Source: Isurus oxyrinchus (taxonomy: Eukaryota). From it: 64,000 nt of DNA. Made by a program: the position numbers and the translations under genes. Position 1 is the first letter of the stretch, and every line of letters starts with the position of its first letter. The notes beneath the pieces were generated by a model. The model was not told where the DNA came from. It saw nothing but the letters and a program-made list of their open reading frames with translations, and searched no databases. The DNA lies in contig JANJGN010000003.1 in assembly GCA_026770705.1 (NCBI GenBank), positions 47,802,001 to 47,866,000 of the forward strand, written 5' to 3'. Positions 36,798 through 50,029 of the stretch are shown in pieces.

Positions 36798-38221
36798 ACT
36801 ATTGCCACTTTTTTCAGTTTATTTTCACTTTCATAAAAACCATCACCATCCCTTCATCTGAGCTTCTCTCCACATGTGTGCTGGCATTGAGGTTAGCCAC
36901 ATAGTTTCTGAAGTAGAGCTATATCAATTTTGTCTTCTTCAGTTTCTCTGCATATTTAAAACTAAGTTTTAAAGTTAAGTTGAGGCACATAGTACAATGT
37001 CGTAGTATAATTGAAGAGAAGGGGGATGGCAATAGGGACAAGAAGAGCAAAGGCAGAAAAACCTCAGTGGAGGGGGAAAGTTGACAAAATCTTTCAGCAG
37101 GGAGGGAGCAGGACAAAGCTACCCTCCAGCAGTGGGTTAGTTACCATATCCCCTCCTTCTGTTCTTGTTGCAGGTGTATGGGGAGTGAACTTACATTGTG
37201 CAGTGCATTAAATTGGGAATTAAATTTTGCTGTCCTTGGGACAGACAGAGCTTGTTGGGGGAACTGGGATTGGCTACTTCAGCTTTCAGATTTTTCTCGG
37301 GGGGGGAATCTTGCATTGTTGTGTCATCTGTTCAAAAGTGGGTTGAAGGTAGGTGATGTTGGATTAGACTCTTTTCCCATCACCAGCTGAATAACTCCCT
37401 TGGTAGGTGAAGCCTTTGATTTTGAAAGTTCCTGCTTTCAGCTGGAGAAGGAGAGAGACAACTGTCAACAGGTTAGGTTGTGCAATTCTGGAGAGTTATG
37501 TGGCAGACATTGTGCGGGTCATTTCGGATGCTACAACATTGGGAGAGGTTTTGTTGTATGGTCAGAGTCCAGGCAGGGATTTTGGGGATTCTCTATTCTT
37601 CCACATTGCGCTGCTTCTGGCAGTAGTTTCTCAAAATCATTACTCTTTATTTATAGCAAGTGTTTACACATTTGGACCTCTACATGAGGTCGGAGCTTCT
37701 CCTCCTTCCAGATCTCTCTTATTTCTCAGTCATGTGATCTGACATCATTATTACATCAGCATCATGAAGTGTTTTACATGCTTTCTGAACTGATCCACAG
37801 ACTAATGGATCTGGCAAAGTACTTCTCCCTTTAACCTGATCCCCAGACTGAGTCCGTACTCCTGTCTAACCAAACACAGAGAGAGGGGGGAGAAGGGAAG
37901 TTCAAGTGTTTAAAAAGATTATGAATGCTTCTGATGTTAACCCTTTGCTCCACATCTCCCCCCAAGTCTTTATCCCTGTCATATTTACATCCCACTACAT
38001 CTCCCCACAAAGTCTCAGACTTCACAGGGTTAGTCACTGAGATGCCTTGATCAATCACCCTGATCTGGTTCTGAGGTGGAGGATTTTCTGTACTCTCCAT
38101 TCCATTGGTGTGAATGTTCTCTTCCTGGTCATAGAGTTTGTAGTAGGCCTTGCTTCTTCTTCATTGGGATCTAAGTAGTAAGCTAAGTTTCTATTGGCTT
38201 TCTTTCCAAGGATATTAAGGC

Positions 38222-38657
38222 TTGATTGGCACCACTTCCACAAACATTCACTCCCTCCACCACCGATGCACAGTGGCAGCAGTATGTACCATCTACAAGA
38301 TGCACTGTAGAAACTCACCAAGCCTCCTTAAACAGCACCTTCCAAACCCACAACCACTACCATCTAGAAGGACAAGGTCAACAGACACATGGGAACACCA
38401 TCGCCTGGAAGTCCCCCTCCAAGCCGCTCACCATCCTGACTTGGAAATATATCAATATATTGGAAATATATCTTACAGTCACTGGGTCAAAATCCTCTAA
38501 TTCCCTCCCTAACAGCACTGTGGGTGTATCTACACCACATGGACTGCAGCGGTTCAAGAAGGCAGCTCACCACCACCTTCTCAAGGGCAACTAGGGATGG
38601 GCAATAAATGCTGGCCCAGCCAGCGATGCCCACATCCCATGAATGAATTTAAAAAAT
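38222..38657 (+). mobile_element. HER1-like LINE 3' fragment inserted in the Gypsy element
   Basis: HSLHHRCTVAAVCTIYKMHC; tail GGGCAACTAGGGATGGGCAATAAATGCTGG..ATGAATGAAT. Confidence 0.88.
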
Positions 38658-38699
38658 AAGATTTCTCCTTTGAAACCGTGGTCTGTCTCAATTCCATAT

Positions 38700-41600
38700 G
38701 ATCTTGATTGTGGAGTTTTTTTCAATGATTGTGCCTGCCTCGGACCCATACTCTCACTCCGGGCTTCAGCACTGGTAACTCATGTGCCCTATGCCTGTGA
38801 TTAAAGTTCCGAGCCTGGTTGCTTCGCTGTTCTTTCTCATACTGTTTTAGCATCTTGTGGTCGGTCTTGGTGATATTGAGCTTTAGTTTCTGTTCCTGGT
38901 TGCTCACCGCACAAGTAAGACAGTTAGAAATCATTTCTTCTATAGAGTGAGTAATGCCTGGCCACCAGGCTGATTGCTGTGGTCTCACATGACATTTTGC
39001 TATTCCTAGGTGACCTTGAAGTCTTTGAAGAATATCAAGCTGAAGCGCTTCATCATGATGTTTCTCTTGTTGAAGACTAGTAAGTTGTCAATGACTGTAA
39101 GGTGCTAACGTTGTTCAAAGGACATTCTTCATCTTGTTGCTGGGCTTGTTTTATTTCCTGCAACATTTTTGCAGCAGTTGGTAAGTGCTGAGTGATTCAG
39201 GATGCATATACTTCAATCTTCTCAATGAAATGTAAATCCTCTTGTTTGGTTCCTTCTGATGGCATTCATGACAGTCTGTCTGCCATTGTTTGATTCTTCC
39301 CTTGCGCATAGTCTGTGACAGAGTCATATCACATCAAACTTAGTCTGAACCATTGGGTTATGGGCAGCATCTTTGCAATGTTTTTCATGTTCAGAAGGGC
39401 TACAAGTGGATTATGGTCTGTTTCTATTTTGAAACACAATTCCATTACGTAGTCTGAAAATGTTTTGCAAGCCTATGTTGCTGCCAGTGCTTCTTTTTCT
39501 ATTGTGACGTATCGTTGTACTGTTTCTGTTAGCGACCTAGAGGCATAGCAGACTGGTTTATGCTTGCCGTCTCTCTGCACTTGAAATATTACTGCCCCCA
39601 GACCTGCAGACGATGCAGCTGCTGCTTCTATGGTTGGTAATTATGGGTTGTAATATGCCAAGATTTTAGAAGAGATTAAAAGTTGTTTAATCATTTTGGA
39701 AGCATTTTGCTGGTCCACATTCCAGCACCACTGTTGACCCTGTCTCGATAACAGTTACAAGGCCTCGCTGATCTCTGCTAAATTTGGTAGGAAATTGCCT
39801 ACTTGGTTGACCATCCTGAGGAATCTTTGAAACTCAGTTATGTTTCTGGGTTGTGGAAATTATCCGATTGCTTTTGCTTTTGTGGATCAACTGTGATTCC
39901 AGCGTCTTGCACTATATGACCTAGAAACCTAATCACAGATTTGACAAGCTCACAGTTTTCATTCAATGTTAGGCCTGCATCTTGTAAGACTCTCAGGACT
40001 GCTCTGACTCTGCTCTCTTCTCTTGTTGAGCCATGTATGAGTATGTTGTCCAGATGGTATATTACTCCTTCCATGTCCTCTAGAGTGTGGGACATTATTC
40101 ACTGGAAGATTTTTGAAGTGGACACTATACCAAAGGGCAATCTATTGAAACAATAATGACTGAAAGGCATTATAAATGTGGTCAGCAATCTGGATTCTTA
40201 GTCTAGAGGCAACTGCCAAAATCCACTGTTTGCATCTACTCTTGGCTAGTTTGACCATCTGGTGTATGTCACGTTCCACTGATTTGCTTAGCTGAGTTAA
40301 ATCCATGCAGATCCTTATGGAGCCGTTTTGCTTTGTGACTCCCATTCCTTGGCATGGTGATCAGTAAGATAGCCCCTTGTTGCGCATCTTTTCAGTTTCA
40401 CCCTTGACTTTGTCCAAGAGTGGGTAAGGGATTTTCCCCAGTGTAAAGAGGCAAATTGGTTTAGCATCAGCTCATAGGTTGATATGTCACTCGGTCGTTA
40501 ACTTCCCTAGGCCTGTAAACAATTTTGGAGATTCATTCTGAAATGTACCATTGTAATTTTCATCAGCAACTTCATCCACATCATAGATTCATTTCAGTTT
40601 TAAACATGCCTTTCTGCTTAGTACAGAGCACTCTTAATTATGAATGACATAGAGAGGTTTGAAGATTCCTCAGCCTTTATATTTTAGCTTTGCCATGAGT
40701 TGGCCTTTCACTTTTAAAGTTGTCCCACCAGGGTCTTGTAATTTGATAGATGAGGGTTGCAATGTAATCCATTTGAGCCATTTGACTTGACCTGATAAAA
40801 CGGAAACTCCTGTTCCTGTGTCTAGTTTAAACTCTGTGGGGTGTCCATCCACTTCGAGTTTAATACTCCAATATTTGTTTTCAGTATCATTTAACTCCCC
40901 ACGAAAGTTAGTTCCTTTGCTTGTGGTTCTTCCACTTGTTGCATGTGGCTCTGTTTTAAAATTCTCTTCTTCTTTTGACAGGTTGTCAGTGTCTTTGAGC
41001 GACAAACAGTTTTAAGGTGGCCTATTTTTCCACAGTTGTGGCATTCTGCCCTCACCCCCTTACCGCTGGACATTCTTCTCATTTTGCCACACCAAACACA
41101 TTTCAAAATGGTGTTTGGGGTGCTTTTTTCCCATTTTAACAGGCTTAGGCTTTGCCGTGCTTTCTCTTTTATGGCCTACAAACTGAATGGTCTCACTCAA
41201 TCTTATTCATGGGACCTCTCTTTCCCCACAAATAAAAGCCTGATTGAGATTCCTGAGTTCCACTTGCTTCGCAATCTGCACTGCTTTCACTAGTGTTAAA
41301 TCCTCTCTTGTCTCTAAGAGATCTGATAATGCTTCATCCAGGACCCTGACTACGATCCTGTCGTGATTCAGCTCATCCTTTCAGATTTCATAATTGTAGT
41401 TCCCTGCCAGCCTGTGGAGATTATTGATGAATGAATCCATGCTTTCACCTGGTCTTTGCTTTCTTTAATTAAATTTAGCCCTTTTGATTATTAAATTATG
41501 ACAGATGCTGAAAAAAGAGTCGAAAGCTTGCAGGATTTCTTCATAAGTTGAAGTCTCATCAACACCCCTCCCTCGCTATCACATAGTCTGCAATAGATCC

Positions 41601-41900
41601 TATTGCATTAGGTAGTGTACTGACCTGGTCTTTTTGATCTATTTTGTGTAATTCTGAAGCAGTTCTGTACCTTATGAACCTTTTCTATAATTGCCCCAGT
41701 TCTGGGCCTTTTATGAGCCTTCTGCACTCTGAAATGATTCTGGGATCGGTAGTGTGGATTCCAAGCTTCGACTGAACCCTGGGATTGTTTTTGCTTCTGT
41801 GCTGCTGTTTGCTGCTTAGGGTCTGTGCTCAGTGCTGAGCGGTGTCCGGGTCTGTGTCTCAGCTTGCATCTGTTTCTCCCGCGATGTTCTGGCATCTTGA
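38700..41900 (-). pseudogene. Gypsy gag-pol pseudogene
   Basis: CCHC knuckle CHNCGKIGHLKTVC; protease FKLDTGTGVSV; RT GSIRICMDLTQL and YHLDNILIHG; RNase H IEKEALA..ETDHNPL; integrase HLGIAKC..WWPGI..CLTC with the core deleted. Confidence 0.9.
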
Positions 41901-41986
41901 TGAGTCTTAATTTTTTTTTGTCTTTTCTTTGAGGATTTCTTTGCCAGTCCTGAACCTTCTCTTTAAGATTCTGTGGGTCTTTTAAT

Positions 41987-41997
41987 CGCTGCCACCA
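41987..41997 (-). promoter_or_regulatory. Primer-binding site (tRNA-Leu)
   Basis: Minus strand TGGTGGCAGCG directly after the LTR end (..ACA); complementary to the CGCUGCCACCA 3' end of vertebrate tRNA-Leu. Confidence 0.7.
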
Positions 41998-42002
41998 TGT
42001 AC

Positions 42003-44480
42003 TGTTCTGTGGTTGGTGTCAAGGTGGGGGGGGGGGGGGGGGGGTTGGTTTAGGGATTATCTATTCTCCCAAAGTATGCTGCTTGAGTCTGCAATTTCTC
42101 AAAACCATTACTATTTATTTACAGAATATTTATACATTTGGACTTCTACACGTTATTAAAGATTTTCCTCCTTCCAGGTCTCTCTTACCTCTCAGTCACA
42201 TGATCAGACATCAGTACTACATCAGCATCATGTACTCTACAGGACATGTTGCCAAAGATGTTGCTTCAATTAATCCTCAAATATTTCTGTCTGTTTCACA
42301 GCATTTAGCCAATGCTTTGTTGAATAGCTTCTGGAAAATTGTTCATAATGCTATTGCTTTCTGTGGCCATGCAATCCACAAAAAAATGGACCAAAGACAA
42401 AAATAACTATCCACCAATAAACAATTTTTAGATTAATGGAGTTGGGGCCATGGGGAAAAAGAACAATATGGCTAAAAATGTGCAGGAAATTAGTTTAATA
42501 CTTGAATTGGGATATATATTTACGGTTGTGATGTAAAATCTCACTGCTGCTTTATGCTTACTTTGTGTACCACCAGTTTGAGCTGTCACACATCAGATGT
42601 GACACTATTGCAATTAAAAACTCTTATGATTGGCTCTCAGGTAGTATACTGGGATTTCTCATGGGGCAAGGCCCAATGAAATGTGTACCCCCTTTGCCCG
42701 ATTGTAATATATAATAGATTTATCATATATATAAGTAGGAGCTGGAATTTAGATGAGTCTTATAAAAAGACAAACTTCCACGATTTAGTGTGCTTTACTA
42801 TTCAGGGTAGCCCAGCCATCTATTGTCCAACATACATTCCATCCTTCACGGTTGTGAAGTAAGGGCATGCAGGCATGATACAGCACAGGAAGACATGTCA
42901 TTTTGGGATAACTAGACGTTTTTAATTCATTATCTGTTTTTATATCAGATTTCCAGCATCTGCAGAGTTTTATTATTTATATTTGATGCTGTTACCTCGC
43001 ACAATAGCTATAGCTCACACAGCACCTAAAACCACATACTATAAATCGATAATTTCATTCATTACAGTTGAACATCAGTGTTACAAAATGTTCCCATTCA
43101 CTAGAGGAAATGTGTATATTTGAAGAATGCACACAGGAGGTTAGCATTTTGCTGTTCTTCGATAACCTTGAAAGGGTCTCTCCGGCCTCCTGATAGAAAA
43201 ATCCCAGTCTGTCCAAACAGAATGACGTGTGACAGAGTCCACATTGAAGCGGAGGTGGGACAGCCGCCTAGTATCAGCCTTATCAGTCCCAGAGTCTCAG
43301 TGATACAGCTGGGCTGGGAGGAATGGAATGCTTGCACACATTTATCAGCATTTACATATAAATGGCCCAAATCAGAGCAGGAGCCTTGGAGCTTAACCGA
43401 GAGTCTACATGTCAGGCAATGCTGTCAGTATTTGTTAAGGAGCAGATTGGGCTATCTGGTGAACATTTTCTGGCCTTGAGATTTGCATGTAAAGACTTGC
43501 AAAAAAAAGCCTCGGCTTTTAGATGGGAAACAAATTCCAACAAGTCAGAAAAGGGAGTAGACCCACTGGGTTTTTTGTAAAAAAATTACATACCAAATTA
43601 CCTGTGACAAGTAGTTATTCACAAATCAGTAGCCTCCTGTTCCAGCTCCAAAATCTAGGGTTTATCGAAGAGGAATGTTTATCTCTTGAATATTTCAATC
43701 AGAAAAGAATTAAGAGTTTCTTGCCTATTGTCATTTGAATAGCTTCATTCCATTATTCATGGCCAATAATGGTTACAATGATTACTTGCTTTGTGGTTTA
43801 CTATGCATTCACAAACAGTAGTTGAGCCTCTGAGGGCAAAAATGTCATTTTTTTTCAGATTGTTCTGTGGTTGGTGTCTAGGTGGGGCTTTTAGGGATTG
43901 TCTATTCTCCCAAAGTATGCTGCTCGAGTCTGTAGTTACTCAAAACCATTACTATTTATTTACAGCAAATATTTACACATTTGAACTTCTACACGAGATT
44001 AAAGATTCTCCTCCTTCCAGATCACGCTTACCTCTCAGTCATGTGATCGGACATCAGTATCTCTACAGGACATGTTGCCAAAGATGTTGCTTCAATTAAT
44101 CCTCAAATACTTCTGTCTGTGTCACAGCATTTAGCCAATGCTCTGTTGAATAGCCACTGGAAAATAGTTCGTAATGCTATTGCTTTCTGTGGCTTTGCAA
44201 TCCACATAGGAATGGACCAAAGACGGAAATAACTATCCACCAATAAACAATTTTTAGCTTAATGGAGTTGGGGCCATGGAGAAAAAGAACAATATGGCTA
44301 AAAAGGTACAGGAAAATTAGTTTAATACTAGAATTTGGATACATATTTATGGCTGTGATGTAAAATCTCACTGCTATTTAATGCTTACTTTGTGTACCAC
44401 CAGCCTGAGCTGTCACACATCAGATGTGACACTATTGCAATTAAAATCTCCTAGGACCAATGAAATGTGCACCCCCTTTT
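42003..44480 (+). repeat. Local direct duplication: 42003-~42695 repeated at 43862-~44480
   Basis: Collinear from TGTTCTGTGGTTGGTGTC through CAGGACATGTTGCCAAAGATG to CCAATGAAATGTG.ACCCCCTTT, with scattered substitutions and indels. Confidence 0.9.
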
Positions 44481-44607
44481 CCACATCTGAGCCACTGGGC
44501 CTTTAACTACTAGATAGTTTCTGCTGTAAAACCTCTTGTCGTAGCTAATTTTCCACCCATTCACCCAGGGTAGTAAGAGCCCACAGCAATTTTAACCACT
44601 GGACCTG

Positions 44608-45318
44608 GGGCTGAATTTTGCCCTTGACGGGCGGGCGGGTCTGACCGATTCGGCGGTGGGCAGGCAGCCGATCGCTGCCGCCGAAACGGGCCCTGCCGCC
44701 ATTTTAAGTGGACAGGCCAATTAAGGCCTGCCCAGCGTGACACCCAATAGGAAACACTATGCGCTTCCTGTGCGTGCAGTTGGTGGGGGGGTGGGGTGGA
44801 ATTCCTGAAATGCGAGAGTGCACTCTTTCTCACATGCGCGCGAAAGAGCGCACATCTCCCTGAGGCTAAGTGGTGCCTCAGGGAGATCGCTGAGAGGTTT
44901 TCAAAGTTTAAAAATAGAAAAATAAAAAAATCATTAACATGTCCCCCTCATGTGACAATGTCACACAAGATGCGACATGTTAATAAAGTGCACAAAAACT
45001 ATATTAAACTTTTTTTAAAGCCAACAGGAAACCTCATCCCGCCAGTGGATGAGCTTTGTTAAAAAATCAGTTACCCACCTGCCCATTGGGCCCGTGCGCT
45101 GAGCTGAATTCGCACGGGCTCCTCAAAATCAGCATCAGTTGCCGAGTTAAGGGCCTTAACAAGGCCTTTAATTAATGGCGGGCGCGCGTCACACTGCATA
45201 GCGCGTGCGCCCACCTAAATATCACAATGTCACGTGCTGACATCGGGACGCTCATGCGACATTTTAAGCGCTGACATGCGGGCTCTGCCACCCGCGCATC
45301 AGCCAGAGAATTCAGCCC
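44608..45318. mobile_element. Harbinger-type MITE
   Basis: TIRs GGGCTGAATT ... AATTCAGCCC; TSD CTG/CTG. Confidence 0.85.
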
Positions 45319-46161
45319 CTGGTCTCCACTTCCCAGCTGGAAGCAAGCAAGAAGCTGCTGCTGGCCTTTGAAAACTTGTGGAGCCTTTGGCCTCTTACCA
45401 GCCCTAAAATAGGAAGGGTCAGGGAAGCTAGGTTCTCTTCCCATCACCCACTGAATAACTCCCTTGACGGAGTAAAGCCTTTGATTTTGAGAGTTTCCCT
45501 TCTCAGAGAGAGGCCAGGATTTTCTGGCCCCTTTGGTGTTGGACGTCATGGCAGGCTATGGGGGGGTGGGGGGAACAATATGGCGAGAAGGCCCAAAATC
45601 GGTTTTCACACCGTCGTGAAACCAATTTGCGATCCTCCGCTCTGCCTGTCAATGGCCGGCCATGTTTCCCCCTGTCGCACATCAGGAACCTAATTTCAAT
45701 ACTTTAGCATCAATATTTAAGCTCTGCTCACTGGAATCATCCCCCCCCTGGATCATCTGGGCACGTTGGCGTGATTGTTTCACAACCGTACATAAGTGAG
45801 CCTGGGGAACTGCACTTCGCTTGGGACTTTGAGATTTGTTTGCCTACTTTGCTTCGGGCAGCACTTGCAGTCATCAGCGCCAGGCATTGCAGGCTGCACC
45901 ACATCACTTTTATGGGGGCTCACAGGCAGCTCTTTACCTACCAGACCAACCAACTGCAAGGCTAAGGCTTGTTTGGGGAAGGGAGACAAGTGGCCATGGG
46001 CAAGGGCAAAGGCTGTACTGGGTAAGTGGGGTTTTTCAGGGTGTGTGTGGGGACATATATTGATCTGTGCAAGTGGCCAATGGTGAGGGCTGAGGATGAA
46101 GTCTCCAGAGGAGATGAGGCCAGGCGGAGATGTGAGGACTTGTGTGAGAGAGTGACCAAAA

Positions 46162-46806
46162 GACCATAAGACCATAAGACATAGGAGCAGAAGTAGGCCA
46201 TTTGGCCCATCGAGTCTGCTCTGCCATTCAATGAGATCATAGCTGATATGATAATCCTCAACTCCACTTTCCTACCTTTTCCCCATAACTCTTGATTCGC
46301 TTATTGAATAAAATCTTGTCTATCTCAGCCTTAAATATACTTAATGACCCAGCTTCTACAGCCCTCTGTGATAAACAATTCCACAGGTTCACCACTGTCT
46401 GAAAGAAGAAATTCTACCTCATCCCTGTCTTAAATAGCCGACCCCTTACTCTGAGATTATGCCCTCTGGTCCTAGACTCTCCCACAAGGGGAAACAATCT
46501 CTCAGCATTTACCCTGTCAAGCCTTCTAAGAATCTTATATGTTTCATTAATGTCGCCTCTCATTCTTCTAAACTCCAATGAGTACAGGCCCAACCTATTC
46601 AAACTCTCCTCATAAGAAAATCCCTCCATCCCTAGGATCAACCTAGTGAACATTCTCTGGACTGCCTCCAATGCCAGTATATCTTTCTTTAGATAAGGGG
46701 ACCAACACTGTTCACAATATTCTAGGTGTGGTCTAACTAGTGCCTTGTATAGTTTCAGCAAGACTTCCCTATTTTTATACTTCATTCCCTTTAAAATAAA
46801 AGCGCA
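46162..46806 (-). mobile_element. CR1 3' fragment
   Basis: KYKNREVLLKLYKALVRPHLEYCEQ; (ACCATAAG)n tail. Confidence 0.9.
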
Positions 46807-46903
46807 AGGTGATGTCCCTTGAGCTGGCAGTGAGTGAGATGCCAGTGAATGTGTGAGTGTGCCTTGTGAGTATGAGTTTTGAGTGATAAGATGGTTGCCT
46901 TAC

Positions 46904-47154
46904 CCTGGTGGTACAGATTTTCTGCACTGGATGGCTGACCTCCAGTGTGCAACATTGGTACTGACCACCTCTGCCACTGCCTCCCAAGCTAGGATGGTGA
47001 AACTGATGGGCCTCCAGTGGCCAGAGTGGGAGAACGGAGTAAGAGGACATCGTGGCAGGCCTCCTCAGCATCCAGGAGACATCCCAGCAATGTGTCACTG
47101 AATCCGGGGCGGGTGGGGAGGGGGGGACGCACCCTTCTTGGCTTTCGGGGCCAT
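46904..47154 (-). pseudogene. First exon of the Harbinger Myb/SANT-like DNA-binding protein (frameshifted)
   Basis: MAPKAKKG..FSDTLLGCLLDAEEACHDVL..AWEAVAEVVSTNVAHWRSAIQCRK; ends at donor CAGG|GTAAG. Confidence 0.8.
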
Positions 47155-48033
47155 TTCTTCACTGGGGCAATCGTGGGTTGCAGCGTGAGGCTGCAGTTTA
47201 AATATGGAATGAGGAAGCCTCGTGGCAGGTAAATCAGAGGCCACCAGCCAAACAGCCAGTGTGTTATGGCTGCATAATTAATGAGGAAGGAACGCGAGCG
47301 CTGAAGTATGTATATGCGCAGGGGTGAGGGCAGTGAAAGCTCCCTGAAGGCACAGAGCTGCCTCAGGGAGCTGCAGATTTTTAACATTAAAAATGAAGAA
47401 TTAAAAAAATAAGGCAAACGTCCCCTCGTGTGTCTCTGCCACATGTGCAGGGACCAAAAACCTCATCCCGTCTGTGGATGCGGTTTCGCTAAAAATGCAA
47501 ATGCCGCTTGGCCTATTCGCCCCGCCCACCAACCATAAGGTTGGACGGGCAGCGAAAAGTTCAATTTAATGAATTGATTAAGGGCCTTTATAGGCCTCTT
47601 AATTGTCGGCGAGCACACTGCCGCCTCTCATGCACGCCCGCCGAGCGAAATATCGCGAGAGTGCACAATGACATCAGGATGCTCACCTGATGTCATCGCA
47701 CACTCTTTCACTCATTCGGGTCAGGCGCGTATCTGCCCAACGAGGGAAGAATTCTGCCCAGCGTTTACTACTTTTAAGAAAAACTCTCATTACCACATAA
47801 TGTCTCCTTTGTGTCACCATCAGTGAGAGTGAATCTGTGGACACACCAGATGCTACATGAGTACAACTGAAAACTCCTATCACAGATAAGGATGAGAAAA
47901 GGGGGTTCCAAGTGGCCTCATGGTTAGAGGAAAGTGAGGGTTCAAGGCAGGAGAGGCCTTAATGTCCGTGGTCAGGCTGAGGGGGCCACTCCTGCTTTCT
48001 TGGAAAGTGAAAAATGTACCTTGAAGACATCAT

Positions 48034-48563
48034 GGCGAGAGCTTTACCTCCCGCACACCCGACCCGAACGGATGTGATATAGCACAAGATGACGTCGGGC
48101 GAACGTCCCAAAGTTAATGCTCACTCACACGATATTTCGCTCAGCGGGCACGTGCAGCAGTCGGAAGCGCGCCCGCCGACAATTAAGCGGGCAATTAAGC
48201 CCATTAACGGCGCAATCAACAGCGATTTTATGTGGCCCGTCCACACTTACTGGCCATTCTCCCAGACAGCACTCACATTTTTGCTCAAACCTCGATCCAG
48301 GGTGAAATGAAATCTCCATGGGGAAATAAAATAGAAGGAGATATCTGGGGACTGGTTTTTCCTAATGAGGTAGTGCTTGATTGCGCTGCATGGACGTATT
48401 TTGCACCATTTTTGTCGTGTCCTTTAGTCTGTGGAGGTCTGCAGCTCCTTGGGGCAGCCAGCATTAAATCGCAGTCGGAGGCTGATCGCGGCCGATGGCC
48501 CATTTCCAGTCCGTTCCCGGGCCCATCGATCACGCGGTGCCTGACGACTGTAAAATTCAGGCC
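48034..48563. mobile_element. Harbinger-type MITE
   Basis: Right TIR GTAAAATTCAGGCC, degenerate left TIR; TSD CAT/CAT; shared subterminal motifs. Confidence 0.75.
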
Positions 48564-48661
48564 CATCATTATTGTGGTATGCCTTTAAGTGGGTGCAGTT
48601 ATATTTTCTATGTACATCACGAGAGAGGAAATGTTGCAATGTGTCATGTGACTCAAATTTA

Positions 48662-50029
48662 GAGCCGAAACTTCACTCCTGAGCCACGTGTGCAGGGTCA
48701 GGAAAATCCCCGACTCCCAAAACCCAACTAGGCAGAAACATTCCCAAACAGCAGGAATTTCATTCTAGGGCTGAGAGGCGGATGCTACTGAAGTCAGGCC
48801 TCGGAAACAGAGTGGAGGCAATCCCAGGGACTGCCAGGTGCCAAGGTGGGCTGCTTAAAAGGGCCACTCGGTGGGACTTCATCCCAGTTGTAATAAAAAG
48901 TGAAACAAAAAACAGCCCTCGCCCCTCACACTCTCTCATCTTACACATATTCCCCATGCTCCATCCATATCAACTCATGCCACCTCACACTCCCATAGCC
49001 CCTCATGCCCTCCATGCCAACCAAGCCTCGCATACCATCCATGCCAACCCATAAATCCCACTCAGCTCCAAGGCCTTTTATAGTCCTTATGCCAACAGAG
49101 CCAACTCATGCCAACCCATGCCCCCACCTGCACCATTTTCCCTTATACCCTCCATGCCAACTAACCATCCACTCAGGAGCCATGCTGTGATGAAATAAAA
49201 TCAAGTTCTAAGTATCTATTACAGACTTCACTATATTAAAAAAAACTTTCATCGATTAAAAACCCATTTAATACATTTACATACCTTCAAATATTTAATC
49301 CCCTACAAAAACTAACATTTGCATTGATAGCCCCACATCAGAAGCTAATCCCTTTATCACTTGGAGCTGCCAATCAAACTGTGAACTTACAGACTTCCTA
49401 CTGTGATAATGGTAGGTTGTAGAAGCAGTAAAGCAGAAAGAATACTATTATGATAATGCAGGTTTATGTCAACAACATCAATTGAAACTGCATCCACCGA
49501 TTTTGTTTTCAACTATAGGCTGGCTGTTTTGCTTTTCAAAATTTCAAGAGCAGGGGATTAAAATGACTTGACAGCCTGATAGTTCCACAGACCTTATCCA
49601 CTTTTTGTGCACATTCCTGTCTCCTCTTAACAATTCCAATAAGGGGTATCTGGACCTCTCCAAAAGGATACATGACTCTCCAAAATGTACCTTGACTTCT
49701 CCAGAAGGGCACCTGATCTCTCCAAAAGGGTACCTGACCTTTCCAAAGAACTCTGGCAGGTTTAGACCTTTTCTTCCAATTCATAAATACCACAAGTCGT
49801 GTTTTGGAAACCCCAGTAACAAAAACTGCTTTTGATTGAAGGCAGCTAAGCTTTTAAGTATGCTGCTGCATCCATGAACCGTGGATGTGTGAAATACCTC
49901 CCACCCCATTCCCACTCCCCCTGTGAAAATAGTGGGTGCCAGTTTCGGGGGTGGGAGTTCCAAAATCGGGGCTCGAGTGCCATTTTGGCTAAGGCGCAGA
50001 GCCCTTCCGACTTGGTGAAAATTCAGGCC
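48662..50029. mobile_element. Non-autonomous Harbinger-type element (sister of 17630-19675)
   Basis: Right TIR GTGAAAATTCAGGCC; TSD TTA/TTA; collinear interior. Confidence 0.82.

Larger units (their letters stand above)
37552..42232 (-). mobile_element. Decayed Ty3/Gypsy LTR retrotransposon
   Basis: Two diverged direct repeats (37552-~37770; 41998-~42232); PBS; purine tract AAAGGGAGAAG (minus, ~37822-37833); gag-pol remnants. Confidence 0.85.
45512..47759 (+). mobile_element. Internally deleted Harbinger family B element with a nested CR1
   Basis: Ends GGCCAGGATTTT ... GAATTCTGCCC; left end matches 19731; flanks AGA/AGC. Confidence 0.7.

Noticed and set aside
42930-42975. Short match to the PLE extreme 3' end (CAGATTTCCAGCATCTGCAG)
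   Set aside because: Only ~40 bp with no clear TSD; probably a remnant, too short to annotate.
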